A DNA stretch of 63,964 nucleotides, the filler included, from Octopus bimaculoides (lineage: Eukaryota), in assembly GCF_001194135.2 (NCBI RefSeq). It is 7 parts of 6 records of this genome, joined end to end, with 100 filler letters (N's around TTAATTAATTAA, not from the genome) between each part and the next. Parts side by side here need not be neighbours in the genome. Positions count along the whole stretch, not along the records: positions 10,400 to 18,816 come from NC_069008.1; positions 18,917 to 48,716 come from NC_068990.1; 5 more parts are not named here. One strand, 5' to 3'. This document shows, one piece after another, positions 13,650 to 25,640 of this stretch (its first letter is position 1; every line of letters begins with the position of its first letter). The position numbers and the translations under genes were made by a program. The notes beneath the pieces are model-generated. The model did not search any database and was not told the origin of the DNA. It saw only the letters and a program-made list of their open reading frames with translations.

Positions 13650-14280
13650 GACACATTCTACCAGTGTCCGAAGTTTGAAAGTGTTTAGTTACAAAAAATG
13701 TATTTCTCGATTTGCCGATGAAAGTGAAAAGATCCGTCATTGCTGCTTTGGATAAACGCACATATTATACAAATGTCAACGCATATGAAGACAAAATTAA
13801 TATGTTGATAAATTCTCGAAAGAATATAAATACTTTTCTAAAAAGTGTAGGAAAAAGTGGGTGTGGCATAAATTCTGTTAGGACATTACAAAGAGAGAAG
13901 GAGAAGAGAAAGAAGATGACCACAACAACGATGTCAAATCTACTCGAGTACTCGACTAGAACTGTATTAACTGTAAAATAATGAATAGCAATGTTGACCT
14001 TACTGGGCATTAACCTACTGGGTATTGAACTGAGAGAATCAAACAAATATGGGAAGCCATCTTCTATCCAAAGTGTTAATGACCCATCCCCATCTATTTG
14101 ACTCATTTAGTTTGAACAAATTAATGTAGGATAATAATGTGTTGAAATACCAATAATATTAATCCTTCGCTTATATCACTGTTTGACTTCTTTGAACATA
14201 TTGTTTGATCGAGCAAGAGTAGAGAAACGTAGTTAGACTGTACCTTGGCTAGTTAATAACAAACAAACCATTAATTGCAT
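13650..14280 (-). pseudogene. Probable class-A (rhodopsin-like) GPCR pseudogene, TM5-TM7 and helix 8
   Basis: One frame reads ...SRLMPSKVNIAIHYFTVNTVL..DIVVVVIFFLFSFSLCNVL..FREFINILILSSYALTFV*YVRLSKAAMTDLF. This gives hydrophobic helices and an NFxxY-like TM7 end; several in-frame stops are present. Confidence 0.45.
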
Positions 14281-14781
14281 TAGGCATGGGTGTACGTTCA
14301 TTACTGTATCTGATGTTACCTCACATTTGTTTAATTTTTAAAGAATTCATTTAGCTTACTTTAAGACGTATACAAATTTAATTACCAAAGTAATGAGATT
14401 AATGTCGATCAATAAACATAAAATTAAACATTGATTTAAAATATTTCATTGTTTATCTGAGAACAGTGTTTTATTTTAGAGATCACATTACACTATATGA
14501 AGAAAACAATGTCTGTATTTTATGTCTGTAAAATTAAAATTGATTAACAGGTTTTAATTCCCTTTGAAATACAAGTGTCCAAAACTATGTATCATTAGAG
14601 CACTTTTCAATTCGTAAAATTATTTTTTGCAGTATAAAACAAAGTTTTATTATTTCCAGACACATTTTATAGTGTAAATGCTATAAAATGAAAACAAAAG
14701 TGAACATAACAGCACTTCCATGCATGTGTGTGTATGTGGATATATACATTCACATATAAGGAAATAATTTATTCTCAAACA

Positions 14782-15024
14782 CAGAATAATGCTAACAGAA
14801 TAGCAAGAACAAGATAAAATATCCATATTTTGCAGAAAAATTTGCTAGCGGCCAGTCATAAGACTCGAGCCCACATCCCTGTGATTACCGGTCATAGTGC
14901 TTTACCATTAAGCTAAACTGCCCACCGGCAAATTAATCAATGATGAAGCACTATGACCGCTGGCAAATTTTTCTGCAACATGGATATTTTATCCTGTTCC
15001 TGCTATTCTGTTAGCATTATTCTG
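14782..15024. repeat. Foldback element with about 75-bp inverted arms enclosing a tRNA-like sequence
   Basis: 'cagaataatgctaacagaatagcaagaacaagataaaatatccat..tgcagaaaaatttgc' pairs with 'gcaaatttttctgcaacatggatattttatcctgttcctgctattctgttagcattattctg'. Confidence 0.8.
14850..14923 (-). pseudogene. Degenerate tRNA-Thr(GGT)-like sequence (SINE-type head)
   Basis: GGGCAGT acceptor (6/7 pairs), GCTT/AAGC D-stem, loop CCGGTAA, degenerate T-arm CTCGAGT. Confidence 0.5.
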
Positions 15025-15131
15025 CGGTTGTGAATAAATTATTTCCTTATCCGTATCTTTCAATACATCTCAATGCTTCTAAAGCAAACTTTGTTTACTT
15101 TCATCGAAATTTGAATTATATATATATATAT

Positions 15132-15489
15132 AAGCGCAAGCACAGTAGGAAACTTGCTTCCCAACCACATGGTTCTGGGTTCAGCCCCACTGCGTGGCAC
15201 CTTGTCCAGGTGTCTTCGACTACAGTCTCGGACGAAGCAATGCCTTGTGAGTGGATTTATATGTACACTCACACATAGGCGTGTCTTTGTGTCTGTATTT
15301 ATCCTCCGCTGACACCTCTTGGTGTCTTTATGTCCCTGTAACTTAGCGGTTCGGCGAAAGTGACTAATGGGATAGGAACTTAGCTTTTAAAAAAAGACCT
15401 AGGTTTAATTCTTTCGACTAAAAACCTTCTAGACGGTACTGCAACATGGCCGTAATCAAATGACTGCAATAAGGGAAAGAATAAAAGAG
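15132..15489 (+). mobile_element. SINE family A, diverged
   Basis: Head, body and 'aataaaagag' tail are recognisable. Confidence 0.8.
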
Positions 15490-16038
15490 TATATATACTC
15501 TCTCTGCTTCTGTGTGTGTGTATATATGTAAGGGGGAGAGAGGGAGAGAGAGAGAGANNNNNNNNNNAATCTGTATGACTCAGAGACGAATGTAGTAGTG
15601 CTCAAATTATTCGAATTCGTGTCTTTTTGGCCCTGAAGCTATATTTTCCTCGTTTCTTATTTATTTCATCTTTGTTCTTTGTCCATCGTCTTAAATTATA
15701 TTTATTCATTTTAGTATGTCCACTTCTGTATGGCTTGTTTTCCATGTATTGTTTGTTCTGGGACCTATATTCTCCGCAACTTTCGCGGACACCACCAGCA
15801 TGGGAAGCCCCTCAGTATTATTAATAGTGCGAAACAGTAATACGATCTGGTTGATAAGAATTAGGGACCTTCTATGTCTGTCTTCCGTCCGTTTGTGCAC
15901 TCAGTATATGTTATACGTTTTTACTTGTCGTTTGTGTATTTATAATACATTGTTTCATTTATTATGTAACGGAACGCAACATACCCTGGCTTTTATTAAC
16001 AGTAAGTTATATATAGAGAGAGATAAATTAAATAGAAA

Positions 16039-16764
16039 GATACTATTGACAATCCAATAACTTATTCATATTATAATATTACATGATATACTATGAATAT
16101 AATATAACATAGTATATAACATAAATAATTATTAAAAAAAAAGCATAAATTGTTTCGACTTATATATATTTTCTGAAATACATACATAANNNNNNNNNNN
16201 NNNNNNNNNNNNNNNNNNNNNNNNNNNNNNNNNNNNNNNNNNNNNNNNNNNNNNNNNNNNNNNNNNNNNNNNNNNNNNNNNNNNNNNNNNNNNNNNNNNN
16301 NNNNNNNNNNNNNNNNNNNNNNNNNNNNNNNNNNNNNNNNNNNNNNNNNNNNNNNNNNNNNNNNNNNNNNNNNNNNNNNNNNNNNNNNNNNNNNNNNNNN
16401 NNNNNNNNNNNNNNNNNNNNNNNNNNNNNNNNNNNNNNNNNNNNNNNNNNNNNNNNNNNNNNNNNNNNNNNNNNNNNNNNNNNNNNNNNNNNNNNNNNNN
16501 NNNNNNNNNNNNNNNNNNNNNNNNNNNNNNNNNNNNNNGGCTGGATTGTAAAAAATCATTTTTACATGACCCTGAAGTGACATATATATAAGGGAAATTG
16601 TTATTATGTATGTATTTCAGAAAATATATACAAGTAGAAACAATTTTTGGCCTTTTATGTTTTTTTAAATAATTGTTTATGTTAGATAATATTATGTTAT
16701 ATTATATTCATAGAATATCATGTAATATTATAATTCAAATATTTATTAGATTGTCAATAGTATC
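16039..16764. mobile_element. AT-rich foldback/MITE with about 150-bp inverted arms around a gap
   Basis: gatactattgacaatc (16039) pairs with gattgtcaatagtatc (16764); homology continues inward to about 16189/16601. Confidence 0.65.
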
Positions 16765-16850
16765 TCTCTACAGTTCTATATTTAAGAGATGAGGAATTAT
16801 GTACATTATTTACATTCAACGGATATTTGTCCTCATCTTGTTTGTTGTTA

Positions 16851-16893
16851 ACACAACGTTTCAGCTGATATACCCTCCAGTCTTCTTCAAGTG
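16851..16893 (-). ncRNA. Degenerate hammerhead motif (family E)
   Basis: cac-TTGAAGA-agactg..cagct-GAAA-CGTT-gtgt; C3U change and broken stem II, ACGU palindrome intact. Confidence 0.6.
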
Positions 16894-17370
16894 ATTCGGG
16901 AAATTTCGAAACTGGGTTCTCATTTCTAAGGTATTTTTCGATGTTTTTATTATTATTTTTATTATTATTGCTTGGAAACGAACTCGGAATCTTGGGGTTA
17001 GTAGCCCGCACTCCTAACCACTACGCCATATGCCCGTGGGCAATTATGAAGTGAATTTTAGGGCTTATAAATCTAATATTTTTCTATCGTTCCTTAATAC
17101 CGGTTCCCATATGCTGCTCATAATAGACAGAGAACACCACTGGAAAATACGAAAACTAAAAGAAGCAGGACATATGCTAGGGCACAAGAACCTCCTAAGT
17201 AGGTTGCAGACCGAGTGCAGATATAAGCAGCATATAGGAACTGCTGTTAAGGAAGGATAGACAAATATTAGATTTATAAGCTCTAAAATTCACTCCATAA
17301 TTGCCCACGGGCGTAGTGGTTAAGAGCACGGGCTATTAACTCCAAGATTCTGAGTTCATTTCCAGCATAA

Positions 17371-17444
<74 letters not shown>

Positions 17445-17491
17445 TCAAAAAATAACTTAGGAATGAGAACCCAGGTTCGAAATTTCCCCAA

Positions 17492-17534
17492 GACACCTGA
17501 AGAAGGCTGGAGGGTGTATCAGCTGAAACGTGTC
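17492..17534 (+). ncRNA. Hammerhead motif (family E) with small deletion at the cleavage site
   Basis: gacac-CTGAAGA-a-ggctg(gagggtgtat)cagct-GAAA-CGT-gtc. Confidence 0.65.
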
Positions 17535-17740
17535 AACAACAAACAAGATGAGGACAAATATCCGTCGAATGTAAATAATGTAGTATCTCTCTATTTAATT
17601 TATCTTTGTAACTGCATGTTGTTTTCGTATTTCATGTTGTTTACGTTTTGTGGCGTCCTGTACCAAAATATGCGTATATATACATATATATGCGAGTATG
17701 TGCATATATATAAATATNNNNNNNNNNCACATATATATAT

Positions 17741-17793
<53 letters not shown>

Positions 17794-18649
17794 AATAATT
17801 TGAGGAAACAAATTTCAAAATCAATCAGGTGCAACCCTACAGAGTTATATGCATCTACATATCGTACTTTGGGGCCTTATTTATCGTATATTTATACATT
17901 TATCTATTTATATATAAATTATCTGATAAAAGTCAATATTAATTCAATGTTAGGGGATTAATCGATATGCGAATATTCTATTTCAGATAATACAAAAATA
18001 ACCTAATGAGTATATCTGACAGTAAACATCAGTTTGCACATCACAGAACAATACTCAAAGGATATAACCAAAATTACCCGCAGAGTATATAATATATTTC
18101 ATTAATTATATCCTACTTTAGTTAATACTTATATATATTAAATATGAAGGAACTACACGTGTTTCAGTATGGGAAGATAACAATGTATATAGACATACGC
18201 AAATGTATACCTATATACATACATATGTAAATACATATATGCATTCGTCAGATTAACAATTATTCCAACACATCTTCAGGTTCTATTTCAGAATATTATA
18301 AATCTAATTTTAGAACCCTTTAAAAATAAGCAATACAATTAAGCAATACAATTAAGCATTACAGATTATTAATCAATAATTAAAAATTAAGAATAAAAAT
18401 TATACTTTGTAATATCAAGAATTAAAATGGCTAAATAATACATTATAAATGTGAATTAGTATATATATCAATCATGTAAAATCAAATATATGTCAAATAC
18501 AGAATGTGAGATATAACATCAGGATAAAAATGTCTGTGTTTAAATGTGATATATAACAAGAAAAATTCAAATACATATCTTCCTTCTTTTTGCTGGTACT
18601 AAAATGGTGCTATATATATATATTTGTTTATATATATATGTATATACAT

Positions 18650-18699
<50 letters not shown>

Positions 18700-18916
18700 G
18701 AATATATATATGTGTTTTTATATTATTAATAAATTCATAAACTCATCAATAATATACTCAGGAATATATATATATGTCTATATATATGTATGAATATATG
18801 TATATATATATATATANNNNNNNNNNNNNNNNNNNNNNNNNNNNNNNNNNNNNNNNNNNNTTAATTAATTAANNNNNNNNNNNNNNNNNNNNNNNNNNNN
18901 NNNNNNNNNNNNNNNN

Positions 18917-19259
18917 GACAACGTTTCTCTAAAAGAAATGGAAAAACTTTCAAAATACAAAGACCTGGAAATAGAGATAACTCGAATGTGGAATCTAAAA
19001 ACAGAAACAATTCCTATCATAGTAGGTGCCTTAGGTATAATAAAAAAATATTCAGACAAATACATAACAAAAACACCAGGACTTACAAATACATATAACA
19101 TACAGAAAATTGCACTACTGGGTACTGCACACATTCTACGCAAAACACTTTCAATACAGTAAACATAAGAGCACCACAGCAAACCACAGCACATACCCAA
19201 GGCGCACAGAGCTGCGCTCGGTAGTGAAGTGAAAGCACGTTATAAAAATAAAACTACTG
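18917..19259 (+). mobile_element. R4/Dong-like LINE 3' end (RLE endonuclease C-terminus + 3' UTR)
   Basis: DNVSLKEMEKLSKYKDLEIEITRMWNLKTETIPIIVGALG...KIALLGTAHILRKTLSIQ*, followed by an (AAT)n tail. Confidence 0.9.
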
Positions 19260-19290
19260 AATAATAATAATAATAATAACAATGATAATA

Positions 19291-19635
19291 GTGGCACCTC
19301 AAGGCGACTACCGTACCAGTGATTGTAGGATCTCTAGTATTGATAAAAAAAAAACGTACTGAAACCTATTTGAAAATGATATCAGGCTTACCATCCCTAC
19401 AGGAAGTGCAAAAAATCGTGTTAAATGGAACGACTCATGTACTGCGAAGAGCATTATCGCTGTGAAAACAACATCCATTCATGAATTTATTTATTTATTG
19501 ATTCTTTTTAAAATACATATTTTACCTGTGAATTTGCGTGTGTAAACTGGGAATGCATACAATGCGCTTCTCTGCCCTAGGTGTACGGAAAACACTCGGC
19601 GAGAAATGGAAGAAAATTTGAAAAAAGAAGAAAAA
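19291..19635 (+). mobile_element. Second RLE LINE family, 3' end
   Basis: WHLKATTVPVIVGSL..LPSLQEVQKIVLNGTTHVLRRALSL*; bounded by (AAT)/(AAC) tracts. Confidence 0.75.
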
Positions 19636-19684
19636 ACAACAACAACAACAACAACAACAACATAATAATAATAATAATAATAAT

Positions 19685-20248
19685 CATGCAGTACCGAACA
19701 GTGGCTCTCATGGCTTCTGATCTTAACTGATTGGAAGTGTTATCATGTATATTGTTTTGTCGTGATATAAAAGATGGGCTACAACAAATATTCTGCTCAA
19801 TACCACAGATTTGCCTGTCAGTTGCTTGACCTTAACCCAGTTGAGCATGTCCCTTAGGGGCTGACGATATATGCATCTCTGATCATGAGCAGAAATAGTG
19901 GTGGGGGGGGGGCATCATCATAGCCATGTGTTGAAAGAAATTCTTTGGGGTTTGGATAATTCACCGTTGGAAAGAAACATGGGTGTTTTGTTCATCATCC
20001 TTAAACAACCATTATTCAGAGATCTTTTGAGCGGGATGGGCTACTTGACCTAGAGAAAATTCTAGCTGGGCCCCACCTGCAAGTTGATGCGCTGTTTATC
20101 TTGATATGAGATCACTATGTTGCGCACTTATGGTTGTGATGCATGTGCCTGGTGTACCCTTATCAGACGGGTAGTCCTGATGGGTATACTGGGCTTCGTA
20201 TATTTTAACCCCAGTGTCACTTAGATGGCATGCACTGCTCTCTCGCTC
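19685..20248 (+). repeat. About 550-bp interspersed repeat flanked by (AAT)n
   Basis: Homologous to 49065-49584 (-) and 61507-62058 (+); no tRNA head, no ORF. Confidence 0.85.
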
Positions 20249-20280
<32 letters not shown>

Positions 20281-22734
20281 TGATAACAATTCTTTCTAAT
20301 TTTGACACAAGGCTAGCAATTCTTAAGGGAGAGGTAAGACGATTACATCGACCCCATTCTTTGACTAGTACATATATCAATCATGAAAGGAGGAAAAGCA
20401 AAGACGATCTCGGTGGAATTTGAACTCAGAACATAAAGGCCCGGAACACATATGTAAAGCATTTTTCATGTGTCCTAACAATTCTACCGGCGTGCCACAT
20501 AATTAACAGGTCACTGTCTTTCTTTTTAAAAAGAGAAAAATATTAGATATTGTAGTTTACTCGATTAAACAACAATAACGAAAGCGACTGTAAGATACAA
20601 ATGAAATAAATGCATTGTTACAAATCAGGAAGATGGTTCCCAAATCTCTAATGAGAGTCCAATGATATGCGTCCTCTCACCGGTATTGCGCTTGTGTTTG
20701 TTCGTATAAATTAGCTGTGAGAAAGAGAGGAGAGTGCTCATAGCTTTTCGAAGCCCACGTAGTCTGCGGAATAGGGAAAACTTTGCGATATCATTGCATT
20801 TATTCGTTGCTGTTAAACTTCTGGATTGCAGCAATTGAGAAGGAATCATTTAGATTCTAGAGAGTTCACTTTTGATAGAGGTACGAAAGTGGAGCTAGAA
20901 GCAGAAGGTCAAAATGATTGAATGTCCTTGTAAATAAGTTACATTTTGTCTAATTCGCTTTTAGAGTTAAACTTTAACTTTTATCCCAACAAACGAGCAC
21001 CTCCTCGAGCCAAGAAGGATGCTTTTACGTAATCGCTCAACGTCTTAGGAAAGACAGCCGAATTCAGCCACCCCGCCCACCCACAAATAACATTATTTAA
21101 AACAGAACATAGTAAATTATGTAGGCCTTGGTATAAACCAAGTATGAAAATGAGACGGGATGGCTACGATAGGATAATTTTCACAAAAGGTGTGCTTGAT
21201 ATCAGGGAAAAAAAATGATAGATTGAGCACAGTAAAATTGTAATGGGAAGTAGAGTTTCCAAATTTCTAACAGATTATTCATGTTAATCTGTTGGGAGAG
21301 AAATAAAAGAAAGACAGCATGAGAAACCTGCTGCAACTGATATCAGGACTTACCTAACTCCCGGTTCAATAGAATGAGTCATTACTATTAAGGTATTGTT
21401 ATTATATGGCAAGCCTATGTTATCATATGGCTCCGTATTTGATGCTACCACATGGAATCTTAAGCAAATGCCATTTTGTTTAGCCTCGGGTCGACCCATG
21501 CATCATGAGTGAATTAGTGTAGACGGAAACTGTACAGAAGCCCGTCTGATGGATTATACTTGTAATATCTTGTCACGCCGTGTCATGCTGGTGGCACTTG
21601 AGAATTAGAGTGAGAGCACACGTGTATATGGTGTACTCAACTGCTTAATATTTGTCAGAATTTTAGGGCGTTGAACAGGCTTTCTTCCGGCATTTTATGT
21701 TTTGAATTCAAAACTCACCAAGATTAACTTAACTTTTCATTCATTCGGAGCTCGATAAATTAAAATATCAGTTAAAAGCTAGGTTCGATATATTCAATTA
21801 ATCGTCTCTCAACATAATTATAACTTTGAGCTTAATTTAGGAATAATTATTTAGCTACATAATTATTCAGCTCCTTAAGTGACTAAAAGATACAGTTTCG
21901 TATGTGGTACCTGTTTGTTTTCTAACTTTGCAGATACTAGAGTAATGTGACCGAAATCTTGGATACACGAAAAACTATTTGTATTTCGCAAAAGATAATT
22001 ACAAAGATGAGACAAGGCAAGAATCAAAGACAGATAAAATATCCTTTTATATGATCACATTAACAAACCCTCCTTCACCACACGTCGACTCGTTCAAGGT
22101 ATGATGAACGTGGACTCGTTCAAATTTCGTAAAACGTGTACTAGTACACGTTGGCAAGGAGGCAAAGGCAATGCATCTATTTTGTGCTGCTTCTTAACAA
22201 TCTCCACCATCAAAACTAAAATAAGTTTCAGTAATATCCTGAGGGATAATTTCAGTCGTTTATTCTCTTCCCGTACCTCAATGTGTAATCCTGTGGCAAT
22301 GCTTTTGCTTTTTAGTTAATAAAAAAAAAAATCAATCCTATCGCTTTTGTTCCAAATATTGCTAAAATTGATCAAACATTCACTATTTCCAGCTCGGTTT
22401 GTTTCGTCTCTTTGTTATATAACGTTCTAATTTCGGGCTCACTCATGGAGAGTGTTTATTGTTAGTAGCACTGGCAGCAGCAGAGGCAGCAACACCAGCA
22501 GCAGTAGTAGTAGTAGTAGTACTGATGGTGATGTAGTGTAGTGGGGAATTGACAGTAGGGGGTGGCGGTGGTGGTACTAGGGACATTGATGGTGGTATGT
22601 TTTCATTTATTTTCATTTTTCATTTGTTCTGCATATTTTTTTTTTTTACATAGAAATGATGATGACCACGACGACGACGATGACAACAACGACTACAACT
22701 ACAACAAAAACAATAATACTAATGCTTTCTACAC

Positions 22735-22915
22735 AACGCCTGAAATTTGAGGCGAGGGTGTAAGTCGAATACATCGACCCCAGTGTTCAACTGGTACTTA
22801 TTTTATCGACTCCGGAAGAATGAAAGGCAAAGTCGGTCTCAGTGGAATTTGAACTCGGAACGTAACGACGAAATGCTGCAGAGCATTTTTCCCAGCATGC
22901 TAACGATTTAGACAG
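22735..22915 (-). mobile_element. SINE family B
   Basis: 'gtcgaatacatcgaccccagtg...gaatgaaaggcaaagtcgg...ggaatttgaactc'. Confidence 0.8.
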
Positions 22916-22967
22916 CCTATTCCCTTCATAATAATAGTGATGACGTAGGAGTGTTCTGCTTTTTCTG

Positions 22968-23200
22968 AACGACCAGCACAAATAATTTGTTTATGGTGAT
23001 CAAATGTATGTTCTATGCATTAGTTCACTCCCAACATCAAATCGACGTACTACGCGTCAGGTGTGGAAGTGATCGCAGAGCAACGTGAGATGAAGTGTTT
23101 TGCTCAAGAACGCAACGCACCACTTGGGCTAGGAATAGAAACCACGTTCTCACGATCGTGAGTGCAACACTCTGACTACTAGGCCATGAGTCCTCACATG
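22968..23200 (-). mobile_element. SINE family D
   Basis: Reverse complement of 51772-52020 ('gaccagcacaaataatttg...gtgagatgaagtgttttgctcaagaacgcaacgcacc'). Confidence 0.75.
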
Positions 23201-23209
23201 ATGATGATG

Positions 23210-23252
<43 letters not shown>

Positions 23253-23265
23253 TGATGATGATGAT

Positions 23266-23440
23266 GATCCTTTCTACAAAGGCACAAGGCCTGAAATTTT
23301 GGGGCGGGGACTAGTCGATTACATCGACCTCAGTGTTTCCCTGGTACCTAATTTATCGACCCCGAAAGGATAACAGGCAAAGACGACCTCGGCGGAACGT
23401 AGCGACAGGCGAAATATCGCTAAGCATTTCATCCAGTGTG
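23266..23440 (-). mobile_element. SINE family B
   Basis: Core 'atcgaccccgaaaggataacaggcaaagacgacctcggcgg'. Confidence 0.8.
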
Positions 23441-23449
23441 CGGATCTAT

Positions 23450-23828
23450 TACATCTCAATCACAGATTTTTTTTATTATCTTTTTTTAAACTAAACAGTT
23501 TCAAATTTCGAATACTGGTTGAATTTCTCACGTAGAACACGGTTTACTCTGAACGTTTTTGACAAAATTTCCTATTTTAGAAGTTATTTCGTGTTAAAGT
23601 TGTCGTATTTGGGTAATTTCAACTAATCAACGACGTGTGTTCGGTTGAAGAAAGCTACTGCTGTTTGCGATAGTAATCGAAGAGGAAAAACTTCTGGGTC
23701 ATCTCTACTAAATGTCACTACTCTGTTCGAAGAATCAACACCATAGAGCAACGAGTCCGCAGCTAGCCTTTTTGTTGTTGACGATTATGCAGTTTTCAAA
23801 ATGCCTTATTTTACAACTGTGAGATGTA
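23450..23828. mobile_element. Possible MITE with short TA-flanked inverted ends
   Basis: tacatctca / tgagatgta; the interior is repeated at 13522-13640. Confidence 0.35.
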
Positions 23829-23901
23829 TTGTTATTGTCATTATTTTATCTTACTATAAACAACAACAAACACATTTCGTCAATATAAAATCCTTTATTA
23901 A

Positions 23902-24356
23902 GGCGGCGAGGTGGCAGAAACGTTAGCACGCCGGGCGAAATGCTTAGCGGTATTTCGTCTGCCGTTACGTTCTGAGTTCAAATTCCGCCGAGGTCGACTC
24001 TGCCTTTCATCCTTTCGGGGTCGATTAAATAAGTATCAGTTTAGCACTGGGGTCGATATAATTGACTTATTCTGTTTGTTTGTCCTTGTTTGTCCCCTCT
24101 GTGTGTAGCCCCTTGTGGGCAGTAAAGAAATAAGGAACTTTGGTACGCCGGACGAAATCCTTAGCGGTATTTCATCTACCGTTACGTTCTGAGTTCAAAT
24201 TCCGCCGAGGTCGATTTTACTTTGCCCTTCATCCTTTCGGGGTCGATTAAATAAGTACCAGTTACACACTGGGGTCTATGTAATCGACTTAATCCCTTTG
24301 TCTGTTCTCGTTTGTCCCGCTATGTTTATCTCCCCTGTGGGCAATAAAGAAATAAA
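23902..24356 (+). mobile_element. Two tandem SINE family B copies
   Basis: 23902-24132 is full length; 24140-24356 is 5'-truncated; both end 'gtgggca(g/a)taaagaaata'. Confidence 0.9.
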
Positions 24357-24920
24357 TATCTGCACCAATAATCCACTGATTGCGTCAGTCTTTTGTTGTT
24401 CACCCAATAATGAAATGAAGCCCTTTACACCGATTACCCACCCAGTAATGATGTCAAATACAATGGTCACTCACAATAACTTCAAATGCACTGGTCAAGT
24501 GATGATCAGGAAAGGCGTAGTTATCGATTTTTATGGTCAGGTAAAAGCCGATTCACCTAAAGAAATACGAAAACGGAGATCGTAGCTTCACTTCCGCCCT
24601 TTACAATAGTTGAATAATACAGAGTTGGTTCACATAAATCACGTCTTAGCGCCGATTGCACTGATGACTTACATGTTCTATTATTCAACTGGTCACTCAA
24701 CCGTATCTTGCTTATAGCGGAGATCGCAGATAAAAGAGAGCGTAGGTTGGGGGTGAGGGCATGCTGCCTATGGAGAAGGACCATTTTAGTTGTCAGTCCG
24801 GTCAAACCAGTTTTCTCCACACCAAACAAAACAATTTCACTTTAATTACTCTGAGAGATGCAGGTCTAATTATTGCGCTTACCGACAAAATTGAAGTTTA
24901 CCTTCTTCAAGAACCTCCTC

Positions 24921-24982
24921 TTCATCATCATCATCACCGCCACCACCACCATCATCGTCATCATCACCACCATCACCACCAC

Positions 24983-25016
<34 letters not shown>

Positions 25017-25169
25017 GTTGTCGTCGTCGCCGCCGTCATCGTCATAACATCTCCTGTCCCGCCTCCGCATCCTTCTCAACATCATCATCATCATCCTCAT
25101 CCTCATCCTGATTGGTGATTCATTTCTCGTTCACTTTCCTCATTATAATCAGTTATCACCTTTCTTCGT

Positions 25170-25230
<61 letters not shown>

Positions 25231-25261
25231 ACTACTACCACCACCACCACCACCACCACCA
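24921..25261. repeat. Compound trinucleotide microsatellite (CAT/CAC/CGT/CTA/CTG)
   Basis: Directly visible. Confidence 0.9.
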
Positions 25262-25640
25262 NNNNNNNNNNNNNNNNNNNNNNNNNNNNNNNNNNNNNNN
25301 NNNNNNNNNNNNNNNNNNNNNNNNNNNNNNNNNNNNNNNNNNNNNNNNNNNNNNNNNNNNNNNNNNNNNNNNNNNNNNNNNNNNNNNNNNNNNNNNNNNN
25401 NNNNNNNNNNNNNNNNNNNNNNNNNNNNNNNNNNNNNNNNNNNNNNNNNNNNNNNNNNNNNNNNNNNNNNNNNNNNNNNNNNNNNNNNNNNNNNNNNNNN
25501 NNNNNNNNNNNNNNNNNNNNNNNNNNNNNNNNNNNNNNNNNNNNNNNNNNNATTTCACGAGCAAGGCTGATCGGATCAACTGAAATCCTCGACGTCGTAA
25601 GCGACGGAGTGCCAACAACAACAACATTGTTTTCGTGTGT

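Larger units (their letters stand above)
16769..17585 (+). mobile_element. 5'-truncated Penelope-like element: inverted terminal repeat + GIY-YIG C-terminus + terminal repeat
   Basis: The centre encodes IIDREHHWKIRKLKEAGHMLGHKNLLSR..LLRKDRQILDL* (PLE endonuclease C-terminal pattern). 17245-17585 (+) and 16769-17098 (-) are inverted copies containing a tRNA-like head, (AAT)n and an HHR. Confidence 0.75.

Noticed and set aside
24400-24870. Non-repetitive stretch with 90-95 aa ORFs on both strands
   Set aside because: No recognisable motif, no consistent splice sites, and no way to choose a strand.
24761-25261. His-rich / Asp-rich ORFs suggesting a metal-binding or biomineral protein
   Set aside because: Compound trinucleotide microsatellite, open in several frames, with no splice or homology support.
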